This document shows, one piece after another, positions 60,486 to 64,000 of a stretch of 64,000 nt of DNA. Every line of letters starts with the position of its first letter. Within the stretch, counting starts at the first letter, position 1. Origin of the DNA: Pristiophorus japonicus (taxonomy: Eukaryota); contig NC_091986.1 of assembly GCF_044704955.1 (NCBI RefSeq), positions 181,598,001 to 181,662,000 of the forward strand, given 5' to 3'. The notes under the pieces were generated by a model, which ran no database searches, was not told the DNA's origin, and saw only the letters and a list, made by a program, of their open reading frames with translations. Both the position numbers and the translations under genes were made by a program.

Positions 60486-61640
60486 GGGCCCAAGTTTCGG
60501 GCCGCGCCTAGAACGGCGCAGCCCCGACCTGGACGCCCGTTTTTCGCGCTCAAAAGTGCGCCTAAATAATACTTACCGATTCTCCAGCTCTCTTCAGGTC
60601 CGCTGGAGCTGGGCACAGCGCAGCACGAGCTATGCAGTGCTGGGACCTCTGCACAGGCGCGCTACAGTGAGCACGCATGTGCAGTAACTCCAGGCGCCGA
60701 AACTGTGGGAGGGGCCCGAAGCACGTAGCCCCTAGCCCTGGCCCAATGGGTTCACTGGGGCTGCGTGGATCAGGCTGCACCTCCCACTTCCTCCCTTCAG
60801 CTGGCTCTCAACCCGCCCCCCCACCCCCCCGGACCCGACCCGCGCTCCCCCCCCGGACCCGACCCTACCCAACTCGACCCACCCCCCCCACACCCCCAGC
60901 TCCTGACCCAACTCCCCCCCGACCCGACCAGACCCAACCCGACTCAACTCCCGCTCCCCCGCCCCGGACTCGACCTGACTCCCGCTCCGCTCCCGGATCT
61001 GACTCCCCCCCTGGACCTGACCCCCGCTCCCCCCTCCGCCGACCCAACCTCTGCTCTCCCCCGGACCCGACCCGCGCACCTTCCCCGCCCCNNNNNNNNN
61101 NNNNNNNNNNNNNNNNNNNNNNNNNNNNNNNNNNNNNNNNNNNNNNNNNNNNNNNNNNNNNNNNNNNNNNNNNNNNNNNNNNNNNNNNNNNNNNNNNNNN
61201 NNNNNNNNNNNNNNNNNNNNNNNNNNNNNNNNNNNNNNNNNNNNNNNNNNNNNNNNNNNNNNNNNNNNNNNNNNNNNNNNNNNNNNNNNNNCCCCCTCCC
61301 TCTCCACCCCCCTCCTCCCCCTCCCCTCGCTGTCAGAAACACAGACACTGACAGACAGAGAGTGAGAGAGACACACACAGACAGACAGAGAGATAGAGAC
61401 ACACTGGGGGGGCGGTCCGGTCCCAGCACGCTGTTGGAGGGCTCCCGGTGCTGCAGTCGGTAAGTAGAAAATGTTTTATTTATTGATTTTTTTAAATTCT
61501 TTTTATTTTTTAATAATTTTTTTTGATTGATTTATGGGTTGATTTATTGATGTATTTATCATTTATTATTAGTGATGGCTTTTTATTTGTAAAACTGAAG
61601 TGTTTAATGTTTGTAAACTTCCCTTTAAAACCGCCCCCCC
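60486..61640. mobile_element. young GC-rich Harbinger-type TIR element with internal C-rich tandem repeats
   Basis: Starts tat|gggcccaagtttc, CpG-rich, (cccgacccg..ctcccc)-like repeats at 60810-61091 and (ag/ac)n at 61335-61405. Right boundary uncertain. Confidence 0.6.
61092..61291. other. assembly gap (200 N)
   Basis: Run of N. Confidence 1.
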
Positions 61641-63784
61641 CCACCCCCATCATTCCTTCTTCAAACGTCCAGCAGCAAGTGAACAGTAAAAAGCGATGAA
61701 GCTTTGAATAGCGCTCGAAATCCTCAGCAATGACTTGTTTACTCTCAATCCGCTGGTCGCTGTTAGGAGAGGGCATTAGGTCAAGTGCTATCCATAAAAA
61801 TGCCGTGCAGCCTCGTTAATAATTGCGAGCTGGCAATTTAAGTGGCAATTAGCCCCTTAACAATCCTCTAGGCAGACATTCCTAGAACAAGCTTCAACTT
61901 CTTTACTAAGATGGCGTTTTGCGCTAAACATAGGCTAAGATGGCAATTCAGCTGAAGACTTCTTCTTGGCCACCTAGGAGGCTCTTTAGTGCCTAAAGGA
62001 GCCATTGAAAATCGCCCGCGCTGTTTCTGAATTAGATCCATATGCTCAGCCTTGACACCAAGAACCACATGATAGATATATTTCATCCACATCTTTGACC
62101 ACAAACTTGACAATTCTCACTGTTAAGATGTTCACTTCCATCAAACAGCATTAAAGAAACTTTTTTTTCACATAGTTTAAAGAAGCAGTTTTTATGAGAT
62201 CAATAACTATCAACTTCAAAGTTGCTAATAGAATTAATTGTCGTAATCATACCCCAATCTTCCTGTTGAAAACTTACTCCAAACTTTGTGAAAAAGTAAT
62301 TTGAATAACAGTGAATCAGGTTATCTCAGAAGCAGCCCAGCCAATCACTTATCTCATCTGCCTCAATAAACTAATTAAACAAATCAACATTGGCATGATC
62401 TGAGTCATAGAATACTGAATTTCAAATCATTTCACTATACTGTACTGGATTTGATCATTTGCAGAAAATTGTTTGAGATAGGGACACACTCAGCTATTCT
62501 ATTCAGTTTTTAGGAACATTCTAAATTAGAGATTAATTTAAACTACTGAAAATATCTCAGATTAAACAAACATTTTGACCATTTCTCTGGCGTGAAAGAG
62601 GGCTAAAAGTTATGTTTTTCCAGTTTCTTTTGCGACCTAACCAGTGGTTCTTGAGGAGCCTGGTGAAGGGTGCCAACATAAAGGTACGTTTTTTCTTTTT
62701 AACTCACCTTAATGTATAGCCAGGAGGATCAAGAGTGCTCCTTGTGGCCTTACAGCACTTTTGCGGGCCGCTGTCTCCCTGCACTCACCCCACTTCTGTT
62801 CACCTCCTCCCCCTCCCAGGACCTGTCTGAGGGCTGCTGCTGGAAGCGGAGATGACTCCAATTAGTGGAGGGAACCCATGAGCTACCCCAGGAGGCCCAA
62901 CAGGCCATTTCACATCTGTGTGAGTATGCTGACCATTTTGGGCCTGAGAATTGGCCGAAACGATATTCTCCCCCACTCTTAATTTAACACATGCAAGCAT
63001 TTCATTGCTCTACACCATGCGCACAATATATACTAAACTTAACACAAAAAGATGAAGTGAAAGTTTTTTGAAGAGCTTTCAGTAAGAATTAAAGCTATCA
63101 AGACAGAATGGCGATTTTATTTGACTTCAATTTAAATACATTCACCTGCTCCATTATTTTCAGTTATAAGTGGCTGCGGAGTGAAAGCTGGCGTACATCC
63201 AGGAAATTAGCACTTGCCGTTGATTAACTGACGGGCGGAGCTATGATAATGTTTTCTGCACGGTTTCGGCCAGGGTATTGGTGAAGTGGTCTCTGGAAAT
63301 TAGGGCACGGGGTGAATAATGATGTAACTCACTTACACCATCATTTTCCGGGATTTTTTATGGTGTGAAGGAAACCTAAAGCCTTGCATACGCCATTGCA
63401 AAGCTGCAAGTCTCCAGGAAATTCTAGGCAAATATATTTAAACAAAGGTTAATGAACTCAATTAGCCTGTGAGGAAATCTATTACAGTTTTGACAATATA
63501 AATAAACTATTATATATAGGATTTAAGAAAATCATGTTAGCCATGGTCTATTAAAAGAACATTAAAGTATGCCGTTGAACGTATATGGGTTAGTATTTAA
63601 TCCAGCACCTGCTAAATGGTGAAAGATACCTGTGGAGTTAGGAATAGCTGCCTACGATCTGCTTTACTCCAAATAGTGGGATACTTCACAGTCTGTCTAT
63701 TTTCATGGTTTTACTTCCATCCATTTGATCTCCTTATCTGAGGAAGGATATACTTGCCTTAGAGCCGGTGTAAAGAAGGTTCAC

Positions 63785-64000
63785 TTCCAGCATGATCACA
63801 CCACCAATCACATCTTCCCCTCTCCTCCCCTCTCAGCGTTCCAATGGGATCACTCCCTCTGCGACACCCTGGTCCATTCCACAGTCACCCCTAGCAACCC
63901 CTCCCCTTCCATGGCACCTTCCCGTGCAAGCACAGGAGATACAACACCTGCCCTTTTACCTCTTCCCTTCCACCTCTTCCCTTCCCACTATCCAGGACCC
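63785..64000 (+). mobile_element. Penelope-like fragment (preceded by a short CR1 piece at about 63700-63785)
   Basis: Reverse homologue of 49700-49870 (ctccctctgcgacaccctggtcc...gcacaggagat...acacctgcccttttacc). Confidence 0.8.

Noticed and set aside
60677-61463. Long Pro/Gly-rich ORFs
   Set aside because: Artefacts of low-complexity repeats read through the N gap.

Overview
Repeat-dominated vertebrate genomic DNA, most likely an elasmobranch (shark); this is inferred from the repeat repertoire. No host protein-coding exon could be recognised with confidence. The window is a mosaic of transposable elements: many CR1-clade LINE copies from several subfamilies, L2-like, RTE, Tx1/L1-like and Penelope fragments, Deu-domain and other tRNA-derived SINEs, and three solo LTRs with target-site duplications (TSDs). 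It also holds a complete but decayed Gypsy LTR retrotransposon (16144-20499, 5-bp TSD TTAAC), a full-length decayed Harbinger/PIF transposon (about 11248-15703) with a transposase and a convergent, three-exon Myb/SANT gene, and many Harbinger-type non-autonomous TIR elements. Main points: a multi-level nested insertion cluster (about 5.9-21.6 kb); a Tx1-like LINE whose two independent insertions end in the same hairpin tail beyond an internal poly(A), both directly after GAA; an RTE-tailed non-autonomous retroposon with a Pol II-like head; a fold-back junction at a CR1 5' end; and a decayed Penelope hammerhead ribozyme. A 200-N assembly gap lies at 61092-61291. All coordinates were read by eye, and no database searches were run.
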